Shown here piece after piece: positions 40,003 through 49,714 of a stretch of DNA of 64,000 nt. The position numbers were made by a program, and so were the translations under genes. Under the pieces are notes generated by a model, which saw nothing but the letters and a program-made list of their open reading frames with translations, made no database searches and was not told the origin of the DNA. This DNA comes from an uncultured Eubacteriales bacterium (GTDB lineage: Bacteria > Acidobacteriota > Aminicenantia > Aminicenantales > Aminicenantaceae), in the NCBI GenBank assembly GCA_964346815.1, contig CAYFWF010000047.1, positions 890 through 64,889 on the forward strand, written 5' to 3'. Position 1 is the stretch's first letter; every line of letters begins with the position of its first letter.

Positions 40003-41150
40003 TTCTGCGATTCCAGGATAGCTCGAGCTGCCTGAAGGCCGGATCCAGGCTCGAACCTGTATTCGAGCGAAGAGAGTGTCCTCTCCAGAGCCTCCAGGGC
40101 AAAATAAACCTGGGAAAGGGATAGGTTGCCCATGTGTCCCATCCGGAAGACTCTGCCAGCCAGATGCCCCAATCCTCCAGCAACGACAGCACCATTCATG
40201 AAAAAAGACTTTCGAAAAGCCAGATCCTCGATTCCTTCTGGATAACGAACCACACTTAAGGTGTCCGCCAGAAAACGATCCTCAGGAAGAAATGAAAATC
40301 CCAATGCGAGTAAAGCAGCACGGATGGCACTGGCAATGCGGGAATGCCTCACGAAACGATTCTCCATTCCCTCTTCCAGGATGATTTTGGTTCCCTCGCT
40401 GAAAGCCCTAATTTCATTCACGCATGGAGTCGAGAAATATTTGGACGGATCCTTCATAATCGGAAGCCATTTTAAAAGATCCGAGTAATAGGCCGGGACA
40501 GATTCCATACTTCTTCTCTTCTCCATGGCCCTTTCTGACACCACCAAAACTGCCAAACCGGGAGGAACGCCAAAACACTTCTGGGCAGCCGTTAAAATGA
40601 CATCCACTCCCCAGGCATCCATCCTTTCTTCGAGTCCTCCTGTCGCGCACACCCCATCGATGATCAAGAGTGAACCGGAGCCCTTGACCGACTCAGCATA
40701 ATCTCTGACCGGTGCGCACACACCCGTGGCTGTATCCACATGGGTGGAGGCGACTGCCGCATAATTCTCCTGGCTGATTTGAGTGCGCAGGTCTTCCGGA
40801 TCGACGGCCTTTCCCTGATCGCTCTGGAGAACATCGCAGTCTATCCCGAAGCTTTCCAGAATCTCAGCCATCCTCTTCCCAAAGTAACCCTGAGAGACTA
40901 TCAGGACCTTCTCTCCCTTTGCCACGGTGTTGAGAAGTGCCATCTCCATGGCTAATGTTCCAGCCCCGGCAGTAATAAATGGCTCTCCTCTTTCACAGAA
41001 AACGATCTTCTTGAGGTTCGAAAGCGCCTCCTTCAACTCTTCGACATGAACCGGACTGACATGAGATACGGTAGGCAGTGCGAGTGCATTCAAGATCCGG
41101 GGATGAACAGGCGTAGGGCCCGGTATCAGGAGTAATTTTTCTTGCTCCAT
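39999..41150 (-). CDS. class V aminotransferase (alanine--glyoxylate / serine--pyruvate aminotransferase family)
   Basis: PLP-lysine context TAAQKCFGVPPG; ~380 aa fold-type I; ATGA overlap with downstream gene. Confidence 0.75.
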   Translation of the reverse strand: MEQEKLLLIPGPTPVHPRILNALALPTVSHVSPVHVEELKEALSNLKKIVFCERGEPFITAGAGTLAMEMALLNTVAKGEKVLIVSQGYFGKRMAEILESFGIDCDVLQSDQGKAVDPEDLRTQISQENYAAVASTHVDTATGVCAPVRDYAESVKGSGSLLIIDGVCATGGLEERMDAWGVDVILTAAQKCFGVPPGLAVLVVSERAMEKRRSMESVPAYYSDLLKWLPIMKDPSKYFSTPCVNEIRAFSEGTKIILEEGMENRFVRHSRIASAIRAALLALGFSFLPEDRFLADTLSVVRYPEGIEDLAFRKSFFMNGAVVAGGLGHLAGRVFRMGHMGNLSLSQVYFALEALERTLSSLEYRFEPGSGLQAARAILESQK

Positions 41151-41314
41151 TTTTCCTCTCTCATCTCAAATTCTCCTTCATTTTTAACCATAAACACCGA
41201 TAAATCAAGAGGGCTCTCTCTCCCAGAAGAATATCTTTCCATGATCACATCCGTAATATATAATGAGGCAAAAAACGAGTGGTGTCGTATGAGATTAAGT
41301 GGAGGAGAGCCAAA

Positions 41315-42241
41315 ATGATCAAGATTGAGCATCTCAGCAAAACCTTCGATTCTGTAAAAGCTGTCGATGACATATCTCTGGAAATAAAAAAAGGAGAAAT
41401 ATTCGGATTCCTCGGGCCAAACGGCGCCGGGAAAACCACCACCATCTCCATGATTTCCGGCATCCTCAAGCCTGATTCAGGAAAAATATATGTCGACTCT
41501 ATGGATCTGGACGATAATCTGAGGAAGATAAAAAAGGTCATGGGGGTGGTTCCGCAGGATATGGCTTTCTACGAGGAGCTTTCTGCAAAAGAAAACCTGC
41601 TTTTTTGGGGGAGACTCCAGGGCGTCGGCCGGAAGAATCTGGAGGACCGCATCCGGTCTTATCTCGAAGCGACCGGTCTTCTGGGAAGAGAGAACGAGCC
41701 GTTAAAAAAATACTCAGGAGGGATGAAGAGGCGGATCAATCTGGTTATAGGTCTCATCCACCAGCCAAAGCTCCTTCTCCTCGACGAGCCGACAATCGGA
41801 ATAGATATTCAAACCAGGCTCAATATCTTCAAGCTCATCAAGGAGGCATCTTCTCAGGGAACGACCATCCTTTACACCACCCACAACCTGACGGAAGCCG
41901 AAGAACTCTGTCATCGGATCGCCATTATGGATAATGGAAAGATTCTTGCCCTTGGAACACTCGAAGAGCTGATCCAAATCGTAGGTGAAAAAGACATCGT
42001 CATCATCAGCGGTGAATTCAGTGTCGATCAGGGCCGAAAAATCACCTCTCTATTCAAAAATGCGGCTGTCCTTTCCCTCAAGGAAGGAAAAATCATCCTC
42101 TCGCTGGAAGCCTCAAAAAAAATGCCGCTGCTGCTGGAAGAATTTTTTAAACAGGGTCTGAGCATCGACGATGTTTCTATCAAACAACCCAATCTGGAGA
42201 GTGTGTTCCTCAAGCTCACAGGAAAGGAACTGCGGGAATGA
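41315..42241 (+). CDS. ABC transporter ATP-binding protein
   Basis: Walker A GPNGAGKTT, signature YSGGMKRR, Walker B LLLLDEP; GGAGGAG RBS. Confidence 0.85.
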   Translation: MIKIEHLSKTFDSVKAVDDISLEIKKGEIFGFLGPNGAGKTTTISMISGILKPDSGKIYVDSMDLDDNLRKIKKVMGVVPQDMAFYEELSAKENLLFWGRLQGVGRKNLEDRIRSYLEATGLLGRENEPLKKYSGGMKRRINLVIGLIHQPKLLLLDEPTIGIDIQTRLNIFKLIKEASSQGTTILYTTHNLTEAEELCHRIAIMDNGKILALGTLEELIQIVGEKDIVIISGEFSVDQGRKITSLFKNAAVLSLKEGKIILSLEASKKMPLLLEEFFKQGLSIDDVSIKQPNLESVFLKLTGKELRE

Positions 42242-43491
42242 ACACCCTCCTTCACCTCATCCGCAAAGACTTTCAAAGAAAATGGAAAAATCCCATCGTC
42301 ATCCTCGGCTTCCTCATGATTCCCGTTATTTTCACCGTTATTTTCGGGATCGTATTTGGATCTTCAGAAGAACAAACTCTGCCTCAAGTCCAGGTTTTAG
42401 CCGTCGACAAGGATAAAGGTTTTCTCTCCCAGTTCTTCCTTACCGCCTTGAATCAGGGAGAATTGAAAAGGCTTGTCAGCTTTAAAGTGGTCGAAGATGA
42501 AGAGGGCCGCAGGCTTCTCGACAAGGGAAAGGCATCGGCTCTGCTGATCATCCCTGAAAATTTTACTGAAGACGTGTGGAATAACCGAAGTGCGGAAATT
42601 TTGCTCCTTAAGAATCCCGCCGAACAGTTCCTCCCTCAAATCGCCGAAGAAATCGTCGATACGGCCTCCCTGCTCTTTTCTGCACTCTTCTCTGTTTTCG
42701 AGGATGAAGTGTCTTTGCTGCGGGACGTCATAAAAAAAGGAGAATTCAGGGATCGGGATATTTCCTCCCTGTCTGTTCAGATCAAAAACAGAATAGAGGG
42801 AGTGTCCAAATTTGTCTTCCCTCCTGTAATTTCCCTGAAGCAAGAAACCGTCTCAGAGAAGGAGGAGAGGGCCGGAGTCTCTCTCTCAGTCCAGGGTTAT
42901 ATCCTGCCTGCAATGGCCATCATGTTTCTCCTCTTCATTTGCAACGTCGTTTTCGAAGATATCCTCAGAGAAAAAGAGATGGGAACCCTGCGTCGGATGA
43001 GTGTTTCGCCCATGAAGTTATCTGAGTTTATCTGGAGCAAGACACTCACTTCGGCCCTGATAGGGATGATCTGCACGTTTGTGTTGATAGTCCTCGGAAT
43101 CGTGCTATTCTCCATTCACTGGGGAGATTTGTTCACAGTCTTTTTGATCGTTCTCTGTCTTAACATCATGCTGGCAGGGTTTATTTCTCTCATCTATTCC
43201 TTTGTCCACACAGAAAGACAGGCTGGTGCGGTTCTCTCATCTGTGATTATCGTGATGTCCATGCTCGGAGGGAGCATGATACCCGTGGAAAATTTTCCTC
43301 CCCTGGTTCAAGAAATTTCCAAAATAACATTGAACTACTGGGGCCTCAGAGCCTTCCACAAGGCGATCCAGGGGGCGCCTTTCCAAGAAATGGTCCCCAT
43401 GCTGGCAGGAATGTTGGGTGCCGGTATCGTCTTTTCGGTTGCGGGATCTTTTTTTCTGAAAAACAACTTGAGGAAAGGTCTGATCCGATGA
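42238..43491 (+). CDS. ABC-2 family permease
   Basis: TM1, large extracytoplasmic loop, then 5 TM; ATGA coupling. Confidence 0.7.
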   Translation: MNTLLHLIRKDFQRKWKNPIVILGFLMIPVIFTVIFGIVFGSSEEQTLPQVQVLAVDKDKGFLSQFFLTALNQGELKRLVSFKVVEDEEGRRLLDKGKASALLIIPENFTEDVWNNRSAEILLLKNPAEQFLPQIAEEIVDTASLLFSALFSVFEDEVSLLRDVIKKGEFRDRDISSLSVQIKNRIEGVSKFVFPPVISLKQETVSEKEERAGVSLSVQGYILPAMAIMFLLFICNVVFEDILREKEMGTLRRMSVSPMKLSEFIWSKTLTSALIGMICTFVLIVLGIVLFSIHWGDLFTVFLIVLCLNIMLAGFISLIYSFVHTERQAGAVLSSVIIVMSMLGGSMIPVENFPPLVQEISKITLNYWGLRAFHKAIQGAPFQEMVPMLAGMLGAGIVFSVAGSFFLKNNLRKGLIR

Positions 43492-44618
43492 CTTTCTGGA
43501 CTATAGCGTTAAATGACTTGAAAATCACTTTCAAGGACAAGATGTTTTTCTTCTGGCTACTTGTGTTTCCCTTTCTCTTCGCAGTCATCTTCGGTCTCGC
43601 CTTTCGCGAGTCTGCTCCTCAAGATCGAAAAGTCGTCTTGAACATCGTAGACAAAGATAAAAGTTTCCTTTCCAAGGCATTGATAGATGAGCTCAGAGAC
43701 GACAGATACACAGTGAGTCTTTCGGACAATGAGGCAGATACTTCGATAAGAGCCCTGGTCATCCCTGAGAATTTTTCCAAAGACGTCCTGGCGGGGAAGA
43801 AAGCAGAGATGATTCTCCGGAAAGAAGAGGGGAGCAGCATGGAAGCTTCCCAGGCAGCCTCTTCTCACATATTCAAAGCCATCGTCAAAATTCTGACGAA
43901 AATTGTCTCTATCAATCCGCGGAACGAGGACGAACTCGTCCAGGGGTACGATCAGAGTGAATTCGAAAGGCTCATAACCATCCGTACGGAGCTGGGAGGA
44001 AAGCTTCGGACCATCCCGACCGGCTTCAACCATTCCGTACCCGCCATCACGGTGATGTTCATCCTGTTCACTGTGTTTATGTACGGCGGCATCAGCCTGC
44101 TCGAGGAACGCAATAAGGGGCAGTTAGAGAGAACTTATCTGAGTCCTGCAACTTTTTCATCGATAATCACCGGAAAATGGATAGGCCGCCTCCTGCTCGG
44201 AATGCTCCAGTTTGTCGTACTCTTTGCGGCCGGAAAGATCGTGTTCGGGATCTACCTGGGAAATTCCCTCCTCTCCCTTTTTCTGGTGGCTCTTTTCCTC
44301 TGCGGCACAGCAGCGGGCATGAGTATCCTTTTTGGCAGTATCATCAGAAAGATTGAAGTTCTCATCATCTTCAATATTCTAGTGGCCAACATCATGTCTG
44401 CATTCGGAGGATGCTGGTGGCCTATCGAAATCGTATCTCCAGCCATTCGGAAAGCGAGCCTCGCTTTCCCCACAGGATGGGCCATGGATGCCTTCCACAA
44501 GCTCATTTTCTTCGGCGAGGGTTTCGAAGCGTTGATTCCCCATATCCTTGTTCTGGTGGGATTCACGCTGGCCTTTCTTTTGCTGGCGGTCAAATTTTTC
44601 AGCCTGCGGAGAGCTTGA
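43488..44618 (+). CDS. ABC-2 family permease (second subunit)
   Basis: Same topology as preceding ORF; ATGA coupling. Confidence 0.7.
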   Translation: MTFWTIALNDLKITFKDKMFFFWLLVFPFLFAVIFGLAFRESAPQDRKVVLNIVDKDKSFLSKALIDELRDDRYTVSLSDNEADTSIRALVIPENFSKDVLAGKKAEMILRKEEGSSMEASQAASSHIFKAIVKILTKIVSINPRNEDELVQGYDQSEFERLITIRTELGGKLRTIPTGFNHSVPAITVMFILFTVFMYGGISLLEERNKGQLERTYLSPATFSSIITGKWIGRLLLGMLQFVVLFAAGKIVFGIYLGNSLLSLFLVALFLCGTAAGMSILFGSIIRKIEVLIIFNILVANIMSAFGGCWWPIEIVSPAIRKASLAFPTGWAMDAFHKLIFFGEGFEALIPHILVLVGFTLAFLLLAVKFFSLRRA

Positions 44619-44686
44619 CTCCCATCATTCGAGGAAGACGGTAAAAGGGTTTTGACCGCGTTTCATACACCGAGTCGTAGACCACA

Positions 44687-46795
44687 TTATTCTTTATTGA
44701 CAATCCTATAGTTCAAACCTTCATAACTGATGATCAGATTTTTGGCTACAGAGAGGTATTTGACAATTCCAGGCTTATCGGAAATCAGCCTAAAATAGTC
44801 TTCGGAATTGAACCCGATTTCTTTGCACGCACTCCCTTCCTCATATTGGCTGTCTACCCAGAATCCGTCTTTCAAGTAGAATGTTTTCTCATCCTTGTAC
44901 CTGATCATCCGCGATTCCACTCGCACAACCTGCTCCTCCGCTTTGAAACGCTGGGTGGCTTTAGCGATCCGCACTCCTCCTGCTCCGGTCACCTTCTTCG
45001 CCTCAAAAGCTTCTACAGCTTCCGGAGCCGCCACATCCAAACCCAATCTCTCTTCCTCGGTTACCAAAAAAGAGGTATAAGGAGTCACGATGCCGAATTT
45101 CAGGCCCAGTTTCTTCACCTCCTCCACAAGTTCGGCCTTTTCCCCATGAAGCCTGATTTCTTCGAGAAGATAGCCGATCCGTCTGGTCGCCCATATCCTA
45201 GGCAGGAAGTTGTAGGCATCACTCCTGACCAGTTCCTGGTCTTTGAGAATAAATTTCCGCTCTGTCTTACCGACATCTCCAGTGAGGGTCACGCTCACCG
45301 GACCGTGGCCTGAATATTTGCCTACCAGCATGAGCTGGGAGCCTTTAAACAAATCGGGAAGAGTCCTGGGATAGTAGTCTTTGACTTGGATAGAGGCAAA
45401 ATTGATCTCCAAATCTGCAAGGAGAGGAGATGAGATTTTCTCGTAATAATTTGAAACAGCCACTTCCAAATCATCATTCTCCCCTAAATACACCGACGTC
45501 CCCCGGTTATCCAGAGAAATTCTGTCCAGAAGCTCGGTATTCACATCATATCCCACTCCGAATACAAATATCCGCGAATGAAAAGAATTGGCCTGGTGGA
45601 TGTTTTTCAATATATCTGCCGTTTCTGTTACTCCGACTGTGGGAAGACCATCGGTGAGAAAAAGGATATAAGTCGGCCTTTCGTCCTGCTCGATCATCTC
45701 GAGCGCACGCAGAAGAGCGTCATTGATGTTGGTGCCGCCCGAATCTTCGATTTCTTCTACAAATTCCAGGGCTCTCGCCTTGTTCGCTGAATCTGCAGGC
45801 ACAACACGGGAGGAAAACATATCCACACCATCATCGAAATCCACCACAGCGAAACGATCTTCTTTTTCCAGATGGTTGATGATAAAATGCACAGCTTTTT
45901 TTGCCTGGTCCATCTTTTTCCCGCTCATACTTCCAGAACTGTCCAGCACAAAAATCAGGTTTTTGCTGATGATTTTCTCCTTCCGATGAACATAAGGAGG
46001 AGAAGCCAGGAGCATGAAATAGTTATCCTCTTCCCCCTCCCAATTCATCCAGGAAAGCCCGACCTCATCCTGGGTGAGTGAATAATACAGGGAAAAATCT
46101 TTATCAGGCTTAACATTCGAAGCTTCATAGCTCACCCGGGCATTCTTTTCCCCTTCTTTTCTGACAGAGACCTTATGAGTTGGCGAATAGATGCTGGAGA
46201 TAGGGATTTGCGATGAGATGTCAGTCGAGATGCTGACTTCCTTGATGGGATGGAGAGAAAACCGTTCTGTGTCCAATGGGTAAACATAATGAACCAGGTT
46301 TGCTTCAGACTTGAGGACTTCGGTATAGGAGAGCTCGATCCTTTTTTCCCCTCTAGCAGGAATCGGATACACACGCGCCTGGAACATGCTGCGCCCTATA
46401 TACTCCAGCAGAGCCGGATCCTTCATTCTGCGGACAATATCCTCGTATATCTGGCGCGCTTTATCCCTATCCAAAATCTCGCCGTCGACCTTTCTGCCGC
46501 CGATGTAGAGAGAAAATTTAGAAATGGATGCTCCTTCTGGCAGGGGAAAAATAAAAGTTCCTTCGATATCTCTGGTATGGTTATTGATGAAAACCTGGTC
46601 GATGGATGTCGTTGCCACCTGATTGACGATTTCAACACGCACCCGGTGGTATTTCACGGTCAAAGGAGGAATGTCTTCCCCGGGCTTTGGTCTGGGAATG
46701 ATGAATCCATCTGCAAAACAATTTCCCCACAGGATACTCATCACGAGAATCGGAAGTAAAATCCTTGATGTTTTCAAAAGCCGCTTCTCTATCAT
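44687..46795 (-). CDS. secreted VIT + von Willebrand factor A domain protein
   Basis: Signal peptide; VIT-like N-terminus; vWA MIDAS motif DSSGSMSG...TDG; ~700 aa. Confidence 0.8.
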   Translation of the reverse strand: MIEKRLLKTSRILLPILVMSILWGNCFADGFIIPRPKPGEDIPPLTVKYHRVRVEIVNQVATTSIDQVFINNHTRDIEGTFIFPLPEGASISKFSLYIGGRKVDGEILDRDKARQIYEDIVRRMKDPALLEYIGRSMFQARVYPIPARGEKRIELSYTEVLKSEANLVHYVYPLDTERFSLHPIKEVSISTDISSQIPISSIYSPTHKVSVRKEGEKNARVSYEASNVKPDKDFSLYYSLTQDEVGLSWMNWEGEEDNYFMLLASPPYVHRKEKIISKNLIFVLDSSGSMSGKKMDQAKKAVHFIINHLEKEDRFAVVDFDDGVDMFSSRVVPADSANKARALEFVEEIEDSGGTNINDALLRALEMIEQDERPTYILFLTDGLPTVGVTETADILKNIHQANSFHSRIFVFGVGYDVNTELLDRISLDNRGTSVYLGENDDLEVAVSNYYEKISSPLLADLEINFASIQVKDYYPRTLPDLFKGSQLMLVGKYSGHGPVSVTLTGDVGKTERKFILKDQELVRSDAYNFLPRIWATRRIGYLLEEIRLHGEKAELVEEVKKLGLKFGIVTPYTSFLVTEEERLGLDVAAPEAVEAFEAKKVTGAGGVRIAKATQRFKAEEQVVRVESRMIRYKDEKTFYLKDGFWVDSQYEEGSACKEIGFNSEDYFRLISDKPGIVKYLSVAKNLIISYEGLNYRIVNKE

Positions 46796-46899
46796 GATCG
46801 GCCTCCCTGTTTCATGATTTCCTTCTCTCTATTTAAAACCTGATTCAGCCTTATTCGTTTCATATCCTTTATACAATCTTCCTTACGAAATATTCACTT

Positions 46900-47160
46900 T
46901 TTTTCACCCCAAAGTGAGCATTTCCAAAACCGCGATAGCGTAACAGTCAGGTAAGCTGATTCGTCAGCCCGTGGATTTTCCCCAGCGAGGAAAATCCACT
47001 TATTCCTCGGCTCGCTCTCCCTACCTGCCAGTAAAGCTTGCTTTCCTTGCCCGCTCGCCTCCGGATGGCTTCCTAACCAGCTTACCTGACCGCTGTTGGA
47101 TTTGTCACGGTTTTGGGAATGCTTCCCAATCCAAACGAGATCTGGGAAAAACAAACTGAA
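46900..47160. other. structured intergenic region (13-bp long-range inverted repeat GTCAGGTAAGCTG/CAGCTTACCTGAC enclosing nested hairpins)
   Basis: Arms at 46936-46948 and 47068-47080; inner 9-bp hairpin GTGGATTTT...AAAATCCAC at 46961-46989; additional hairpin TTGGGAATGCTTCCCAA at 47113-47129. Confidence 0.3.
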
Positions 47161-47179
47161 AGACTGCAATATACGAAGA

Positions 47180-47761
47180 TCAATGCTCGATGAGCCGTTC
47201 GAGCCACTTCCTCAAATCATGTACGTTCTGGAAAACTCTGTCACTCGATGGCAGGCTGTTCTGTCTTCTGCCACCCAGTATAAAAACACTCCGGATGCCC
47301 GCATCTGCAGCTGCCTTGACGTCAAAATGGGAATCGCCAATTACACAGCAGTCCTCTCTTTCTAATCCTAACGTCTTGAGAACAAACAAAAAGGGAGCTC
47401 CGGAGGGTTTCCACAAACCAGCCTCACGTGACAGAATGATATCGAACTGAAGATTGAATTTCTTCAAAAGAAAATCCACATTCCTTCGAGAATTGTTGGT
47501 AACGAGAGCTTTCTTAATTTTCTTACTCTCCAAAAAGGAGAGGAACTCCTTCATACCCTTCTTCAATACAGCCTGTGCTGTCGCCTCCTTCTCGAACTTT
47601 TCCAGGATCTTCCACTTTTCATGTTTCTCCGGCTCTTCAAGACTCTGGATATAGGAGAGGATCGGAGTTCCCCGGGTTTGCAGCTCCTCTTTGATCTTCT
47701 TCCAATCATAAGGAACATCGACCACTGTCCCGTCCATGTCGAAGATCACACACTTTATCAT
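47180..47761 (-). CDS. HAD-family hydrolase
   Basis: Motif I VIFDMDGTVVD; GAGGAG RBS before internal Met chosen as start. Confidence 0.8.
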   Translation of the reverse strand: MIKCVIFDMDGTVVDVPYDWKKIKEELQTRGTPILSYIQSLEEPEKHEKWKILEKFEKEATAQAVLKKGMKEFLSFLESKKIKKALVTNNSRRNVDFLLKKFNLQFDIILSREAGLWKPSGAPFLFVLKTLGLEREDCCVIGDSHFDVKAAADAGIRSVFILGGRRQNSLPSSDRVFQNVHDLRKWLERLIEH

Positions 47762-47789
47762 CTGTTCTCCTCTCAAAAATTGGCTTCGC

Positions 47790-47865
47790 CCCAAAGTGAC
47801 GGAAAATAAATTTGCGAGAGAGGTGCAGGGAAATGACGGGGCGACATGGAAGATTCGGCCTTACG
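47790..47865 (+). repeat. truncated copy C of the intergenic repeat family (leader + 5' ~45 nt only)
   Basis: CCCAAAGTGACGGAAAATAAA leader and GGTGCAGGGAAATGACGGGGCGACATGGAAGATTCGGCC match the 5' ends of copies A/B; similarity stops where the downstream gene ends. Confidence 0.5.
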
Positions 47866-47877
47866 GTACTGTCTCAT

Positions 47878-48951
47878 TCATTCATTCAATACAGAACCCA
47901 CTTCGAACAGAGGCTCTCCCTTGTTAGCCGGAGGTGTATTGATGATATAGAGCATAATCCCAGCAAAGGGAGCCCGCAGTTCCTGTATCCTGTTGCCGAG
48001 GTAATCGGCGAGATATCCCACTTTCTCTCCTTCTTTTACGTGATAGCCCATTCTGGTCAGCGGGAAAAAAAGGCCATCTGCATCCGAGTAGACGACCTCG
48101 TATTTGTCGATCCAAACAGCTTCAACATCCAGCTTTGGTTTCCCTTCGACCATCTCGAACAGCCTCATCACATTCAAAACACCCTTGATGTTACGGACGA
48201 TCGATTCCTCATCCGTATTTCCGAGGAAACCGGATTCTGTGGTGATAGCCGGTTTTCCCAGGAGGACAGCCGTATTTCCCAGATATTTGGAATGGGCTAA
48301 GTCTTTTGTGCGCGACTCATCGATGATGATATGCTTGATGCCAAACGCCAATGCCATTTTTTTTGAGATTCCATCTTGGCTCTTGTCACCGCTTATCATC
48401 CAGTAGGTGTACGGGATCAAGGCTTCATTCCCATCCCCGCAGTGCATATCTATCAAATAATCGCATCTATCCACGACTTCGTTCTTAAGGACATGAGCGA
48501 TCCGCTGGCTTATCGTACCGTCAGGATCACCTGGAAAAACTCTGTTGAGATTCTTCCAGTCATAAGGATTGTAATAGATAATTCGCTTTTGAAAAGACTG
48601 CAGGTTTGCGATATGAACGAGGATGACTGTTCCGGTTAAGTTCGCAGGATCGATCATTTCTTTAAGACGGTACAAAGCCAGGATGGGGGGATACTCGTAC
48701 CCGTGCACACCTGCAACCAAACCCAGCACCTTCCCTTTTTTAGAACCATGGATGACTGTAAAAGGGATGGTGGTTCCAAGACCGCCTTCCTCGGATACAG
48801 CAAGATATCCGGATTTCATTTCTCCTGGGGAAACCTCGATGTCCCCAATTCTAAACGCGTCACTTTCTTCTGCAGCTAAAGGGACCGTGAAAAACAGACA
48901 AAGAATAACGATCGAGAGAAAAATATTTCTAAAACGCATCTGATCCATCAC
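47878..48951 (-). CDS. secreted succinylglutamate desuccinylase/aspartoacylase-family zinc hydrolase
   Basis: Signal peptide; AGVHGYEYPP and DMHCGDGNE metal-ligand-like motifs. Confidence 0.6.
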   Translation of the reverse strand: MMDQMRFRNIFLSIVILCLFFTVPLAAEESDAFRIGDIEVSPGEMKSGYLAVSEEGGLGTTIPFTVIHGSKKGKVLGLVAGVHGYEYPPILALYRLKEMIDPANLTGTVILVHIANLQSFQKRIIYYNPYDWKNLNRVFPGDPDGTISQRIAHVLKNEVVDRCDYLIDMHCGDGNEALIPYTYWMISGDKSQDGISKKMALAFGIKHIIIDESRTKDLAHSKYLGNTAVLLGKPAITTESGFLGNTDEESIVRNIKGVLNVMRLFEMVEGKPKLDVEAVWIDKYEVVYSDADGLFFPLTRMGYHVKEGEKVGYLADYLGNRIQELRAPFAGIMLYIINTPPANKGEPLFEVGSVLNE

Positions 48952-49105
48952 ACTTCCTCCACAGGTATGTTTGTAATTCTGCCCTTATTCTACCCGTTTC
49001 ATATGACCCACACAAATTTTTTTCCCATTATTGCTTCTTGAATTCTTGTTTGATATAATGCCGCATTGAATATGAACCTTGAACAACGAAAAGGGAGTAA
49101 ATCAA

Positions 49106-49369
49106 ATGGGTAAGTTTGTTGCCGTTTTTGGAGGGCTCATCGCGATGGCCGGTGGAATCCTTCTTGCTATTTTCGTGTGGTGGCGAGAATTCTACGAACT
49201 CGTGTTTGGAATGATTCCCCCTTTACTCTTTTTTATCGGACTTATCGCACTCATAGCAGGAATCAGCAGCATCAAGGACGCAAAGAGAACCAAGAAGCTC
49301 GAAGAAGAAGCGCCTGCGACAGAAGTATCCGAAGCATCAGAACCAGAAACAGAAAAAGAACCAGAATAA
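49106..49369 (+). CDS. small 2-TM membrane protein with acidic C-terminal tail
   Basis: AAAGGGAG RBS; two hydrophobic helices; E/P-rich tail. Confidence 0.45.
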   Translation: MGKFVAVFGGLIAMAGGILLAIFVWWREFYELVFGMIPPLLFFIGLIALIAGISSIKDAKRTKKLEEEAPATEVSEASEPETEKEPE

Positions 49370-49370
49370 G

Positions 49371-49396
49371 AAAGCCGGCTTTCCAAACCTTTTTTT
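49371..49396 (+). terminator. candidate rho-independent terminator
   Basis: Palindrome AAAGCCGGCTTT followed by T7 run. Confidence 0.3.
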
Positions 49397-49653
49397 CAGA
49401 GGAGAGAGAGCATATCCTCCTTGTGAAGCCGGGAGGATTCCCTATTCGTTCCGGACATAGCGAGATTGCAGTAAGCATGGCCTAAAGTCAAGGTCTTGTG
49501 GCGAATCATCTTGATCTTGGGATTGAACCCTTCCGCAAAAGTATAATCACCGATGCAGACGGCCGCATTCCCGGTCTCACCAGCTTTAGCTCTGAGAAAG
49601 GTGTCTACCTTTTTCGTCGCCACATAAATGTTTTTTTCCGTTAAAAAAACCGC

Positions 49654-49696
49654 TTGACATATTATCATAATTATGTTATTTGTAACTTGATTACAA
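49654..49696 (+). promoter_or_regulatory. candidate promoter (-35 TTGACA) overlapping palindromic operator TTGTAA-N5-TTACAA
   Basis: Perfect -35 at 49654-49659; 17-bp palindrome at 49680-49696 just upstream of the RBS of the RHH gene. Confidence 0.4.
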
Positions 49697-49714
49697 ATTA
49701 CAGGAGTTAATCTG

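Noticed and set aside
49396-49668. 91-aa minus-strand ORF divergent from the RHH gene
   Set aside because: Its start lies inside the RHH promoter and it has no clear RBS or motif. It is mentioned under findings but not annotated as a gene.
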